Source of the DNA: Scenedesmus sp. PABB004
Taxonomy: Eukaryota
Reading direction: 5' to 3'
Assembly (NCBI GenBank): GCA_014905635.1
Contig: JABVCE010000005.1
Coordinates: 1,116,001-1,180,000, forward strand
Length of the DNA: 64,000 bases
Part shown: one piece after another, positions 1 through 12,047 of the stretch
How the letters are laid out: each line of letters starts with the position of its first letter
How positions within the stretch are numbered: the stretch's first letter is position 1
Made by a program: the position numbers and the translations under genes
Notes under the pieces: model-generated
What the model was told of the DNA's origin: nothing
What the model saw: only the letters and a program-made list of their open reading frames with translations
Databases searched by the model: none

Positions 1-772
1 CCCCGCCCCGCGCCGCGGCGGTCACCGGTAGTCGAGGCTCGGCGCGCCGCGGCGCCAGTTGTAGCCGAGCACAAACTGCAGGCGGAAGACGCTGAAGAAG
101 ATCTTTGACGAATACAGCGCCGCCTGCCCCTGCTCCGGCACGACCAGCAGGCTGCGCACGTAGCGGTCCGCGCCGCGCAGCGCGCCCGGCTGCGGCTTGG
201 CCTGCCGCGCGCCGCGGAGACGGGCGCGAGTCGGGGGCAGCCGTGGAGCGGCGGCCGTGCGAGCGAGCGGGGAGGGGGGGGGGGGGCGGCGGCGCCCGCG
301 CCGCACCGTGAAGCGCCAGCGCGGCTGCGCGTGCCAGGGCCGGCTGTAGCAGGCGCACAGCGCGAGGCTGGGCAGCCTGCGCTCGGCGGCCGGCGGCGGC
401 GGCGGCGCTCAGCGCACAGCGCGGGCGCTTTGCCCGCACGCGCGCGCGCCGCCGCCGCCGCCGCCCGCGCGCTGCCGCGCGTCATCGTGCTCACTTGTGC
501 TTGAGCTTGAGCCGCAGCTCCGGCTCGCATTTGAACTGGTAGTTCTCCAGGATGCGCTCGATCAGCTCGTCTGCGGTTGGGAGGCGGCCGGCGGTTGAGG
601 CAGCGCGGCGGCAGTCGGCGGACAGGCGAGCGGGAGCGCTGCGGCAGCGGCCGGCCGCGGCGGCGCCACGGTGGTGGTGGTGGCGGCGGCGGCGGCGTGC
701 CTGTGTAGGCCTCGTCGCTGTACGGCTCGCCCTCGGACGACGGCGGCGCCTGCGAGCCCGCGAGCGCCAGCA

Positions 773-810
<38 letters not shown>

Positions 811-833
811 GGCGGCGGCGTCGTGCGGCTCAT
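1..833 (-). CDS. Hypothetical protein, 5' part (multi-exon, continues beyond window start)
   Basis: ATG at 833 (MSRTTPP). Exons read DELIERILENYQFKCEPELRLKLKH (~571-495) and YVRSLLVVPEQGQAALYSSKIFFSVFRLQFVLGYNWRRGAPSLDY (~200-27), bounded by GT/GC-AG sites. Family not recognised. Confidence 0.6.
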
Positions 834-1236
834 GGCCCTGCCTGCCTGCCTGCGTCTGGGCGCTGGCTCAAAGGGCTGGCAGCGGCGGCGCGCGCAGCGG
901 CGCGGCGACGGCGCGTGCGCAGCAGCGGCTGCGGCGGCGGCGCGCGCGCGGCGGCGATGCCTGGTGACTGGCGGGCTCGGTGCCTGGCGTCACGGGCAGG
1001 GGGGGGGAGTGGTGGGGCGGTGGGCGCAGCAGCAGCACGCTTGTTGTGTCGCAGGCCCAGGGCGCCGAAACTGAGCCGGTCGAGCTGCCGCAGCCCGATC
1101 AGCCCGATCAGCGCACGCCCACTCCGACGGCGTCACGCTGCGCCTCCGGGACCGCTGCCTGGATCCCTGCGCGCTCGCCGACGGCCGCAACCATCACCTC
1201 GACGGCCCGCGACCCGCGGAGCGGGCGCCCGCCGGG

Positions 1237-4200
1237 ATGAGCCACTCGGCGGAGGGCACCAGCGGGCGCGAGGACGCCGCGGCGGGAGCGACGGGCGGCG
1301 CGATGGCGGTGGACGCGGGGCACGCCCCGGCGCCCGGCACCACCCGCGTGCTGGCGCTCTACTGCGAGGCCCCGGACGAGGACGACATGGGGTTCGACCC
1401 CCCGGACGCCGCCAACATCAGCCACCTGATGCGGCGCCCCGATATGGAGGCACGGCGCGCCGCCGCCGCCGGCGCTGCTGCCCGCCAGCGCTGCTGCTCT
1501 GCCCGCCCGCGCGCAGCGGGGGCGGCGCCGCCCCGCCGCCGACGCCTGCCGCCCGCCCGGTCCCCCCAGGTTGAGGTGATGCGCGCGCCGACGCTGGAGG
1601 AGTTCTCGGCGCGCTGCGAGGCGTTCAAGCCGAGCTTTGTCTACGTCTGCGGCCCCGTGAGCAGCGCGGTCGACTCCATCAAGGGCACCGTGGGCCCCCT
1701 CACGCTCAGCGGTGCGCGCTGCCGCCGCCGCGCCGCCGCCGCCACCCTCACAGCGCGGGCGGCAGCGCGGGCGGCAGCCCGCGAGCTCGCGATCACGCCG
1801 CGCCGCGCCACGCCGCGCCGCGCCAGGCAACGTCGTGACGCCGGGCGAGCTGCTGACCGCGCTGGAGGGCTGCCCGCTGACCACGATCTACCTCGATGCG
1901 GCGGGCCAGGAGAAGGGTGCGCGGGGGACGCGCGCGCGCGCCGCGCAGCAGCAGGAGCGGCGGCAGGAGCGGCGGGGCAGCGCCAGGGGGCAGCGGCGGC
2001 AAACGCACCGGCGGCGGCGACCCGCGCGCCCCGGCCGACGCGTGCCCCGCCGCCTGCCCGTGCGCGCGGCGCAGTCGCGGAGCTGCTGCGCGTGAAGGGC
2101 GTGCCCAACATCCTCTTCTGGGGCGAGGACCCCACCGCGCTCGTGGCGGCGCACTTCAGCGCCATCCTCTTCTCCATACTCGCCCTCGAGCCCCACGTCA
2201 CGCTCATCGAGGCGTACGTGCTCGCCCTCTTCTCCACGCAGGCGCGCGCCCCGCAGCGCCCCGCAGCGCCCCGCAGCGCCCCGCAGCGCCCCGCAGCGCC
2301 CCGCAGCGCCCCGCAGCGCCCCGCAGCGCCCCGCAGCGCCCCGCAGCGCCCCGCAGCGCCCCGCAGCGCCCCGCCCGCCGCCGCGCTGCGCGCGCCGCGC
2401 GCGGAGACGCTGCTCGAGGGTTGAGGGTCTCACGCGCGCCGCGCGACCGCCCGGCCCGGCCTGCGCGCGCAGGCGCACGTGGGCGCCAAGGTCGACGGCA
2501 AGCTGATCATGCCCAACACGCCCGACCTGCTCACCGGGCCCATGGACGACCCCGACAGCGTGAAGCTGGTGCTGCCCGACAACAGCAGCGTGCCGCCGCC
2601 GGAGGTGCCGGGCCTCGACCTCTCCCGCGGCATCGCCGCCGCCGTCGAGGGTGCGCCGCGCGCAGGGGGCTGGCCGGCGGCGGCGCGCCGCGCGCCCGTG
2701 CGCGCCCGCGCCCTGACCGGCCGTCCGCGCGCAGGCTGGATGGACGTGCGCCTGCTCGCGCCGCGCGCGGAGCTTAAGGCCGGCATCGCCGGCGGCAGCA
2801 GCATGGTCGACTCGGGGCGGCTCAGCTACCTCGGCGAGGCGCTGCGGGCGCTGCTGGTCATGGAGGTGCGGCGCCCCTGCAGCGCCTGCGGCGGCAGCCG
2901 CGGCGCCTGCAGCGCCGGCGGCGGCAGCGGCGGCAGACGCAGCGGCGGCGGCCGTTGCAGTCGCGCGGCAGCGGCCGGCCCACCGTGCCGCGCCGGCGCG
3001 TCCTGGGGCCGCCCCCGCCGACGCGCTCGCCGCCGCCCGCCCGCCCGCCTGGCAGGCGCGCCGCGCGCGCCTCGTGTCGTCGTGCCCGCCGGAGCGCCTG
3101 CCCAGCCACCTGGCGGAGGGCTGCTCCGCGCTGCGCTGCGAGGTCGCGACCGCGAGCGGCGCCACCGTGAGCGTGGTGCTCGGCGGCCGCATGTCGGTGC
3201 TCGGCAACGCGGCGCTCGTGGAGCACGCGCTGCGGCAGACGCTGGTGCGCCGCCGCGCCGCGCGCGCCGCGCCTGCCCCGCGCGGGGGCGCGCGTCCTGC
3301 GCAGCGGGAGACCGCTCGTGCGGCCCCGGCGACCGCCCCGCCGCCCGCTCGCGCGCCGCCGCCGGCTCCCAGGTCGCGGACGCGCTGAGCCTGCAGTTCC
3401 GGCTCTCGCCGCCGGGCGTGCCGCTGCCGCAGCCGCTCACCAACCCCGAGGTGCTCGGGGGCTGCCCCTACGTCGAGACGCTGCTGCTCACGAGCGTGTG
3501 GGCCGTCTCGGTGCTGCGCCAGCTCGCGCAGGTGCGCCGCGCCGCCGCGCCCCCCTGCCGCGCCGCCGCATCGTTGCGCCCGCGCGCGCATGCTCACGCC
3601 CCTCCTGCCGCCTCCCCGCTGCCGCCCCTCCCCACCCCACCCCACCCCGCTCGCCGCGCCCTGCGCGCGCACGCAGAGCTCCACGTACCGCGGCCTCGTC
3701 AGCCTCGGCATCGGCACCGTCGGCAGCGCCGCCGTCGCGGGCGCGTCGCCCGCCGACGCGGCGCGGCTGGGCGTGATCGTGACGGGGCTGCGCTCCGGCG
3801 TGCTGCTCATGGAGGAGCTGGTCGCCAACGGCCTGCCCGCCGACGGCATCGCCGGCGCGCTGCTCGGCGGCCGCCCGACCGCCAACCCGCTCGCCGTGCC
3901 GGCCGACCCGGTGCGCGCCGCGCCGCGCCGCCGCCGCCCTGCCGCGCCGCGCGGCGCCGCGCGGCGCCGCGAGCCGCACGCCGCGCCGCCCACTCACCGC
4001 CGCCGCGCGCGCGCGGCCGCGCAGCCCATCGCGCCGCACAACTGCGGGCGGCCGCCGCTGGACGAGCTGAGCGAGGAGGAGTTCCGGGAGGACCTGCTCT
4101 CCTTCCTGAGCCACGTGCGGGGGCGCTACATCGAGCGGCCCAAGTTCCCCGAGGCCGTGCTCAACGGTTTCGTGCTGGACCTGTTTGGGCTGTACCGCGA

Positions 4201-4918
4201 GGTCGTGAAGCGCGGCGGCTTCCGCCAGGGCAACGGCATCAACTGGAAGGGCCAGGTCTTTGCCAACATGCGCAACTGGACGCCCAACAACCGGCAGATG
4301 GGCGTCGGCAACAGCCTCAAGAAGCACTACGCGACATACCTGTGGGAGTATGAGCAGGCGAGGGCGGCGCGGCGCGGGTGGCTGGGCGAGGGAGGCGCGC
4401 ACGCGCGAGGCGCGCACGGGGGAGGCGTGGAGGGGCAGGTGCAGGCGGCGGCGGCGACGGAGGCGTGGCGCGGGAGGGCGCGGCGCGGGAGGGCGCTGCG
4501 CGCCGCGGCGCGGGGCGCAGGCAGGCAGGCAGCTCACGCGCGGCCGCGCCGCCCGCCGCCCGCGCTGCGCCGCCAGGCGCACCCGGGCGACGTCGTGGTC
4601 GACCGCTGCAACCTGTGCGGCCGGGGCGAGGAGGCGGGCGCGACCGACTGGATCGCGTGCGACCGCTGCAACGTGTGGGTGCACTTTAGCTGCGACAAGC
4701 GGCCCAACATGGGCACGTTTGAGGACTACGCGGAGCAGGCCGAGGGCGAGACGCACGCGGCGCCGCCGCGCAGCTACACGTGCCCCAACTGCGCGCGCAG
4801 CGCGGCGCGCAGCGCGGCGCGCAGCGCGGCGGCGGTCAAGGCCGACCCCGCGGCGGCCGCGGCGGCGGGCGGCGCCGGCGCCGCGCTGGAGCCCAAGCCG
4901 GAGCCGATGGAGACCTGA
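1237..4918 (+). CDS. ARID4: AT-rich interactive domain protein 4-like (ARID + PHD finger), multi-exon
   Basis: N-terminal VEVMRAPTLEEF..PSFVYVCG; ARID domain FPEAVLNGFVLDLFGLYREVVKRGGFRQGNGINWKGQVF..GVGNSLKKHYATYLWEYE; PHD finger CNLC..WIACDRCNVWVHFSCD..YTCPNC. Matches the plant ARID4 architecture. Confidence 0.92.
2251..2370 (+). repeat. Intronic tandem repeat (CCGCAGCGCC)x12
   Basis: Perfect 10-bp unit read directly, inside the ARID4 intron 2242-2472. Confidence 0.95.
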
Positions 4919-5360
4919 GGCGCGCCGCGGGGTTTCGTGCGCTGGGCGCGCCGCCGGTCGGCGCGTGGGCGGGGCGTTGGGACTCTGCACCCAGCGAAGG
5001 CGGGCGGGCGGGCGCCGCGGTTCTGCGCTTAAACGCGCGCCGGCGCGTGACCGCGCCGCCGCCTCCCCCGTCCCGCACATCGCCGTGCTGCCTGCGCCCT
5101 CCCCCAGCAGCCGCTCGCCCAGCAGCAGAGAGGGCCTGGGCAGACGCGCCCGTGGTCGCCTCGCACAGCAGCGGCCAGCCCCGCCCCGCCAGGCGTGCAG
5201 CGGCGCTTCCGAGCGAGAGCGGCCCCGTGCCGATTGCGCGGACGCGCGGCGGCGGCGCCAGCGGCGCCGGCGCGGCGAGCGCCGCCGCTGCTGCGCCCGC
5301 AGCGCGCGGCCGGCGCGGCCACATGGGCTAGCCGCCGGCCCACGGGCTGTCCGCTGCCCG

Positions 5361-8054
5361 ATGGAGGCGCAACACGGCAGCATGGCGGCGCCAGGCGAGC
5401 CGCCGGCGCGCGGCGCCCCGCAGCAAGCGGGCGCGCCCTCCTCCCCTCCGCCGGCGGCGCAGCAGCAGCCACAGCAGCCGCAGGCGGAGTGGCAGTCCTA
5501 CAGCTCGGTCTTCACCAACGACAAGGCCGGGATGGCCGGCGTCGACCGCGACCGGGTGCGCGGCGACCGAGCGCGCGCCGTGCTCTCCTGCGCCGCTCGC
5601 TCGCTCACGCCGCTCGCGGCGCGGCGCGCAGGTCAAGCGCATCGTGTACGAGATGAGCAAGGACTCGGCGCACTACAAGGAGCAGCAGCGCCGCGAAGCG
5701 CAGGCCGCGGCGCGCATCGCGGAGCTCACGGCGCGCGCCGCCTTGCTCACGCCCGCCGAGCTCGCGGCGCACACCAGGTGAGAGGCCCCGCGCGCGCGCG
5801 CACAGCGCCTGCGCGCGCCGTGCCGTGCCCACGCCGCGCCCACGCCGCCGCCGCGGCCGCGCCAGGGCGGCCGACGCGGCGGTCGCGGCGCTGGAGGCGG
5901 GGCGCGACCTGAGCCGCCTGTGGCTCCACGTGGACATGGACGCGTTCTTTGCCGCCGTGGAGGAGCGCGACCAGCCGGAGCGGCGCCTGCGCGAGCAGCC
6001 GATGGCCGTGGGCGGGCTCGGCATGATCTCCACCGCCAACTACGAGGTGCACGCCGCGCCGCGCCGCCAGCAGGCGCGCGCCAGGCGGGGCGGCCCACCC
6101 CTGCGCTGCCGACGCCGACGCCGCACTCGCAGGCGCGCCGCTACGGCGTGCGCAGCGCGATGCCGGGCTTCATCGCGCGCCGGCTGTGCCCGCAGCTCGT
6201 GTTTGTGCGCCCCAACTTTGACCGCTACAAGGCCGCCGCCGAGGCGACGCGGGAGGTCTTCCGGCGCTACGACCCGGCCTTTGCGCCGGGCTCGCTCGAC
6301 GAGGCCGCGCTCGACGTCACGTCCCACGCCGCCGGCACGGGCCTGAGCGGCGAGGCGGTCGCGGCCGAGCTGCGCGCGCGCGTTGAGGCCGAGACGCGGC
6401 TCACCTGCAGCGTGGGCGTCGCGCCAAACGCGCTGCTCGCCAAGGTCGCGTCCGACGTGCGCAAGCCCAACGGCCAGTTTGTCGTGCCGTCCACCCGCGA
6501 GGGCGTCATGGCCTTCGTGTCGGCGCTGCCCGTCCGCAAGGCGCGGCGCGGCGCAGCGCGGCGCGGCGCGCGGCGCCGCGGCCGCTGCGCCGCCCTCACG
6601 CGCCCCTCCCCTTGCCCCTGCCCCGGCGCGCTCAGGTGCCCGGCATCGGCAAGGTCAGCGAGCAGACGCTGCACGCGCTGGGCGTCACGACCTGCGGCGA
6701 CGTGCTCGCGCGGCGCGGCCTGCTCGCCGCGCTGCTCAGCCCGGCGGCGCTGGGCTTCCTGCTGCGCGCGGCGCTCGGCCTCGGCCAGACGCGCCACGGC
6801 GACGGCGGCGCCGGGGGCCGCCCGACCCGGCCGACCCGGGACGCAAGGGCATCAGCTGCGAGCGCACCTTCGGCGCGATGCGCGAGCCGGCGGCGCTGGA
6901 GGCCATGGTGCGCGCCGCGCAGCGCGCGCGCCCGCCGCCGCGCTCCAGCGCGCGCGCCCGCCGCCGCGCTCCAGCGCGCGCGCCTGCCGCCGCGCTCCAG
7001 CGCGCGCGCCCGCCGCCGCGCTCCAGCGCGCGCGCGCGCGGCGCGCGGCCGCCGACTGCCGCGCGCGCGCGCGCCGCGCCGCGCCAGGCCGAGTCGCTGG
7101 TGGAGCACCTCGCGCGCGACATGGCGGCCGAGGGCATCGAGGCGCGCACGCTCACGCTGAAGCTGAAGACCACGGCCTTCCAGGTCCAGGCCGGATGCGC
7201 GCCGCGCGCGCGTCACGCGCGCGCGGCACGCCGCTGTGCCGCCGCGGGCCCGCCACGCGCCGGCGAGGGGCGGCGGCCGACACCGCGCGCCGACACCGCG
7301 CCGACCGCACGCGCGCCGCGCCGCAGGTGCGCACGCGGGCGACGACGCTGCCTGGGCACGTCGCTGGCGCGGGCTCCATGCTGCCCCACATCCTTCGCCT
7401 GCTGCGCGCGGAGCTGCCGATTGAGGTCCGGCTCATGGGCGTGCGCGGCAGCGGGCTGCGCAAGGCGCCGCGCCCGGGCGACTGCCTCGCCGGCGGGCGG
7501 CTCAACGCGCTGCAGCGCATGATCCTGGCGGCGCGGCAGGACTCGGGGGGCGAGCAGCGGCAGCAGGAGGAGCTGCAGCAGCAGCGGCAGCAGGCGGGCG
7601 AGCAGCTGGAGGGCAGCTGGGGGGCGCCTGGCGCTCCCGGCGCGCCAGCCCAGAGTGGCGGCAGCAGCTGGGCGGCGGGCCCCAGCGGCGCCAGCGGCAG
7701 CGAGCGGTGGGCAGGGGAGGCCCTGCAGGGCCTGGACGAGGAGCTGGACACCGCAGGCACGCCAGTCGCGGCGGCTGGCGAGCCTGAGCACGCTGCGGAT
7801 GCGCCGCGCGCAGGCGGGCTGCGCGCGCAGCAGGTGCAGTGGCAGCGGTGGCAGCTCGCGCACGAGGCGGCGGGCGAGCAGCAGCCCGCCGGCAGCCCCT
7901 CGCCCGACGAGGCGCCGGCCCCGCGGCAGCAGCTGGAGCTGGAGCGACCGGCGGGGGCCAGCCCGTCGCCCGAAAAGCGGCCGAGGCTGCTCGAGCCTGG
8001 CCGTGCGCAGCAGCAGCAGCAGCAGCAGCAGGAGCAGCAGCAGCAGCAGCAGCA

Positions 8055-8104
<50 letters not shown>

Positions 8105-8337
8105 CGCGCAGGCAGGGCAGCACCTGGACGTGCCTGGCGTGCACCTTCAGCAGCAACAACCGCGTGCTGCTGCGCTGCGAGGTGTGCGACACGCCGAAGG
8201 GCAGCGCGGCGGCGCCCGCCAGCGACTGGCTGCGCACCAGCACCGCGCTCGCAAGCACGGCGACGGGTGGGCAGCGGCGGCCGCGGGGCGGCGCTAGGCA
8301 GCTGACGCTGGATCGCGTGCTGCACCGCGCCGCGTGA
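5361..8337 (+). CDS. POLK: DNA polymerase kappa (Y-family), multi-exon, with an apparent frameshift at 6813-6817
   Basis: N-clasp [79 protein letters not shown]-terminal RanBP2-type finger [19 protein letters not shown]-like QLTLDRVL. Confidence 0.95.
6925..7035 (+). repeat. Intronic ~26-bp tandem repeat (~4 copies)
   Basis: Unit GCGCGCCCGCCGCCGCGCTCCAGCGC repeated in a Pol kappa intron. Confidence 0.8.
8008..8103 (+). repeat. CAG repeat encoding poly-Q in the Pol kappa C-terminus
   Basis: (CAG)n with two GAG interruptions. Confidence 0.95.
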
Positions 8338-8380
8338 GCCCGCTGGAGCGCTGGGCGGGCTTGGGCGGCTGCCGCCCCGC

Positions 8381-8385
8381 TGTAA
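8381..8385 (+). terminator. TGTAA polyadenylation signal of Pol kappa
   Basis: Chlorophyte poly(A) signal TGTAA, 44 nt after the stop codon. Confidence 0.7.
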
Positions 8386-9107
8386 CGGCACGGCTGAGCT
8401 GCCCGCGCGCCTCGCGCCGCGCCGCCGGGCGGCCCGCGTGCCGCGCAGGGTGTGCGCGTGCACGCGCACGCGCCGCAGACGGCGCGCGCCGCGGCGGCTG
8501 GCTCCGGGCGGCGGGCGTTGGCGGCGCCGCCGGCGTCGGCCGGCCTCGCAGCACGCCACGGGGCCCCGCGGCCGGCGGCGGCCACCCGACAGGCCCAGGG
8601 CAGCGCGAGCCGCGGGACGGTTTGACTGGCGCGGATTGCGCGCGGGCTGCTGACAATCGCCGCCCCCTGCGCCGACGCGCGCCGGCGCAGAGCAGGCGGG
8701 CGCGGGGCTCCGGCGGCGCGGCGCGGCGGCGCGGCGCTGCGCACCCGGCCGCCGGTGTTGGCGCGGCGGCCGACGACCACCCGCGCGGCTGTGCCCGATC
8801 GCGCTGCGCGCGCGGCTGTGGGGCCTGGAGATCGCGCGCTGTCGGCCGGGCGGGCGCGCGGGTCGGTGCGGGCGCGGGGCGGGCGGGGATCGGGGAGGCC
8901 GGGCGATCAGCAGCAGCGACCGCCGCCCCGCGCCCCCGCAGGCCGCGCGGCCCCACGGCGCCGCGTGCGTGTGCGCCAGCCGGCCCCGCGCCCCCGGGCG
9001 GCGCTGCTGGCGCGGCGCGCGCCCCAGCGCGGCGCGGGAGCGCCTGCTGCGCGGCGCCCTCCCCCGGCGGCGCGGCGCGGCCCGGGCGGCGCTTGGTTTG
9101 CGAGTGT

Positions 9108-9258
9108 AAGGCAGGGTACTGGCTTGCGCCGCCTGCCGTCAAGAAATTACACTGGCGCCCGAAGGCACCAGTGTGGGGATTGGAAATAGTTTTCAACCAG
9201 CAATAGCGGTGTCTCGGTTAGACCTCATTAACTACCGCAATGCCCCAAGCGCAAGAAT
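9108..9258 (-). ncRNA. U4: U4 spliceosomal snRNA (copy 1)
   Basis: Minus strand reads AUUCUUGCGCUUGGGGCAUUGCGGUAGUUAAUGAGGUCUAACCGAGACACCGCUAUUGCUGGUUGAAAACUAUUUCCAAUCCCC. It has the U6-pairing segments, the K-turn 5' stem-loop, Sm site AAUUUCUUGA and 3' hairpin GGCAGG..CCUGCC. Close to plant U4. Confidence 0.95.
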
Positions 9259-10039
9259 GCCGGGCGTGGGGGCAGGCGCCGCGCTTTGTAGGCGCAGGGA
9301 CGGCGGGTCTCAGCGCGCTGCGACCTCCCGTAACAACGGAGCGCGCCACGCGCCCCCAAAGTCGGCCCCCCAGCGCCCACGAGCTTGTCTGCGCACGCCA
9401 CGCCGCTGCCGCGAGCCCGCGGGGCGCGCGCGCGCCGGCAGGCGCGGGGAAGTGGCCGGCCATCAACGCTGGCCGGCAGGCGCGGGCAGGCGCCGCCGCG
9501 GGCTGCGCGCCGGCGCGTGGTAGAGGCTGACGCACGGCACGGCCGCTCGGCGACGCCGGTGCACGCACAGACCGGTGGCGCGCAGCCGGTGGCGGCGCTG
9601 TGCGCTGGCGCGGCGTGCTGCGGTGCGCGCGCCAGGGCCCGGCGGCAGCGCGCAGGGTGCAGCGGCAGCGCGAGAGCGGCGGGCTGGCTGGCACCGGCGG
9701 GCGGGTGGGACGGCCGGCCAGTTGCACCGCTTGCGGCAGCCGCTGCCAGGCCGTGCGACGCGAGCGCCCGCGGCGCGCGCGTCACTGGCCGGCGTCGCTG
9801 CCGGGCCACAGCAGCTGCTGCACCACCGCCTGGGGCGCGGGCCAAGGGCGGCAGCAGCTGTGGCAGCGTCGCGCGCAGCGGCAGCGTGTGCGGCCCGCCA
9901 CGGAGGCCTGCGTTTGCGCGCAGCAGCAGCAGCATGTGCGCAGCGATCGGTGCACTGCCTCCTGCGCGCGCAGCTGCAGCCTCGGCACGCGGCGCGACAG
10001 CGGCCGCTGCGAGCGCCGCGTTTGTTGGTTTTGAGTATA

Positions 10040-10152
10040 GAGAGCGCACAAGGCGCCACAAAGATAAGATCAGGTCCCTGTGCGCAGATGGCTCGCGGAT
10101 AGTTCTAGTAAAAGGCGAGAACTATGTTCGCCCCGAGTCAACTGCAGGACAT
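10040..10152 (-). ncRNA. U5: U5 spliceosomal snRNA
   Basis: Invariant loop I CGCCUUUUACU (10117-10107) closed by an 8-bp stem AUAGUUCU/AGAACUAU, preceded by GCGAAC and followed by CCG. Also a long closing stem, Sm-like AUCUUUG and a 3' hairpin. Confidence 0.93.
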
Positions 10153-10869
10153 GGCGAGCGCTGGCGCGGCGCGGGGGTACGCCACCTCGGGCGCGGCGCT
10201 GGCGGGCAGGGCGCCGCCTGGGGCCACATAACACCATCGCCACGTCGGGCTTTTGTCTGCGCGCCAGGGGCCTGCGCAGCCCCGCTTCCACCCCGTTACA
10301 CGCGCCGCATGATGGAGCAGCGTTTGCGACCCCGCGCCGCCGCGATGGGTGGCGGCGCTGGCCGGCAGGGCCGCGTGATGGATGGGGTCTGCTGCCCGGC
10401 GGCCGGGCGGGCTCTGAGGTCGGGGGGTCGTCAGGCGCGGCGGGGGCGCTACCTGGGCCACCTGTTAACCTTCGCGCCGCGCCGCGCGGGCCCTGGTGCC
10501 CCTGGTTGACCGCCGCTGCCGCCGCCGGTGCCGCCACCGCTGCCGCCTGACCGCGGCGGCGCCGCCTGCAGGCGCCCTGCCGGCGCGGCGTGCCAGGCCG
10601 TGGCTGCGTGCACCCGGCCCCGCGGCGACAGGCCGGCACACGCAGTCACCACGCAGGGCGGCGGCGATGGCGGGACGCGCCGCTCCGAGCGCGTTCGAAC
10701 GAGCCAAATGCGCGCGCGCGCCCCTTGGCCCTGCGCTGCCCGCGCTGCCCCGACGTCACTCCCGCCGTCGCACACACGCACACTCCCGCTCTCTGCCGCT
10801 CCAGCGCCCTGCGCCAGCGCCCCCTCCGCCGCCTGCCGGCTGCACGCGCGCGCCAGCGCCCCCGCCGAG

Positions 10870-11918
10870 ATGGCCGCGCAGCCCCCGCCGCCGCACCAGG
10901 AGGCGCCCTGGGCGGGCGTGACGGACGTGGCCGCCCTCCACGCCATGCTCGCCGCGCAGCAGGCGACGCTGACGGCGGCGGGCGTCGGCGTCGACGGCAA
11001 GCGCAGCGCCCGCAAGCGCAGCGCGCCCGCCCGCGCCGCCGACGCGGTCAGCGACATTTCTGACGACGACGACGACCCGGACGCGGGAGCCCCGGCCAGC
11101 GACGGCACAAGACCGCGGCGCCGCCCCGCGGCGGCAGCGCCAGCGCCGCCGCGAAGAAGGCGCGCGTCGGCGCGGCTCGGCCGGCGGAGCGCGACGACGG
11201 CGCCGGCGACCAGCAGGGCAAGGTTGCGGCGGCGGCCGCCGCGCTCGCGCGCAGCATCAAGTCGGGCGTGGGCGGGCAGATGACCTACAAGCCTAGCCTC
11301 AAGCGTGCGCCCGCGGGCTGGCGCGCCGCCGCCGCCCGCCCGCCGCCGGCGACGGCCGGGGCGCACCCGCGCGCCCGCGCGCGCCCGCCCGCAGGCGGCT
11401 CGGCGCCCGTGGCGATGGAGCTGCCCTGCATCACCGAGGCCGTGTTCAAGGCGATGCTGGGCGAGCTGGCCCACAAGGCGTCCAACGGCAAGAAGCAGAT
11501 GCAGGCACGGCGCGGGAGGGCGCGCGCCGGCGCCCGCGCGGCGCAGCGCTGCGCGCCGCCGACGGTCGCCGCGGCGCCGCCGATGCGCCGCCACCGCCAC
11601 CGCCGCCGCCGACGCGCCGCGACCGCCACCGCCGCTGCGGGCACCGCCGCGCCGCTCAGCTCAAGGCGAGCGCGGACGACCTGTACGCGATGCTCGGCGA
11701 CGTGCCGACCAAGTCGCTCCGCTACGGCGCGACGCTGGACCTCGTGGGCGTGCGTGCCGCGCGTGCCGCGCGCGCCGCGCGTGCCGCGCGTGCCCCCGCG
11801 CAGCCGCCGAGCGCCGTGCGCCGGCACCGCGCCGGACGACGCCGCCGCGCGCGCCGCGTGCGCAGGGCCTGACGCTCACGCTCAACCGGGAGGCGCAGAC
11901 GCTCAAGGCGCGCGGGCG

Positions 11919-11965
<47 letters not shown>

Positions 11966-12047
11966 GCTGCTGGCGGCGCGCGCGGCGCGCCGACCGTGCG
12001 CCGCGGCGCGCCCGCAGGTCCACGGCACGTACAGCATGATCAAGTGA
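10870..12047 (+). CDS. Small hypothetical protein, multi-exon
   Basis: Spliced reading MAAQPPPPHQEAPW..IKSGVGGQMTYKPSLK..ELPCITEAVFKAMLG..LKASADDLYAMLGDVPTKSLRYGATLDLV..LTLTLNREAQTLK/VHGTYSMIK*. Function unknown. Confidence 0.75.

Larger units (their letters stand above)
8298..9837 (+). repeat. Left arm of ~1.54 kb inverted duplication
   Basis: Reverse complement of 16181-17713 with scattered substitutions and small indels. Both ends were located by manual alignment. Confidence 0.97.

Noticed and set aside
2251..2370. CRISPR-like array
   Set aside because: Head-to-tail 10-mers without spacers in a eukaryotic intron; no cas genes.
5361..8337. Bacterial dinB acquired horizontally
   Set aside because: It has the eukaryotic Pol kappa N-clasp, spliceosomal introns and a PIP-like terminus.
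9782..10051. 89-aa minus-strand ORF ending like the WD40 protein
   Set aside because: Chance ORF running into the orphan duplicated WD40 3' end; its start overlaps U5.
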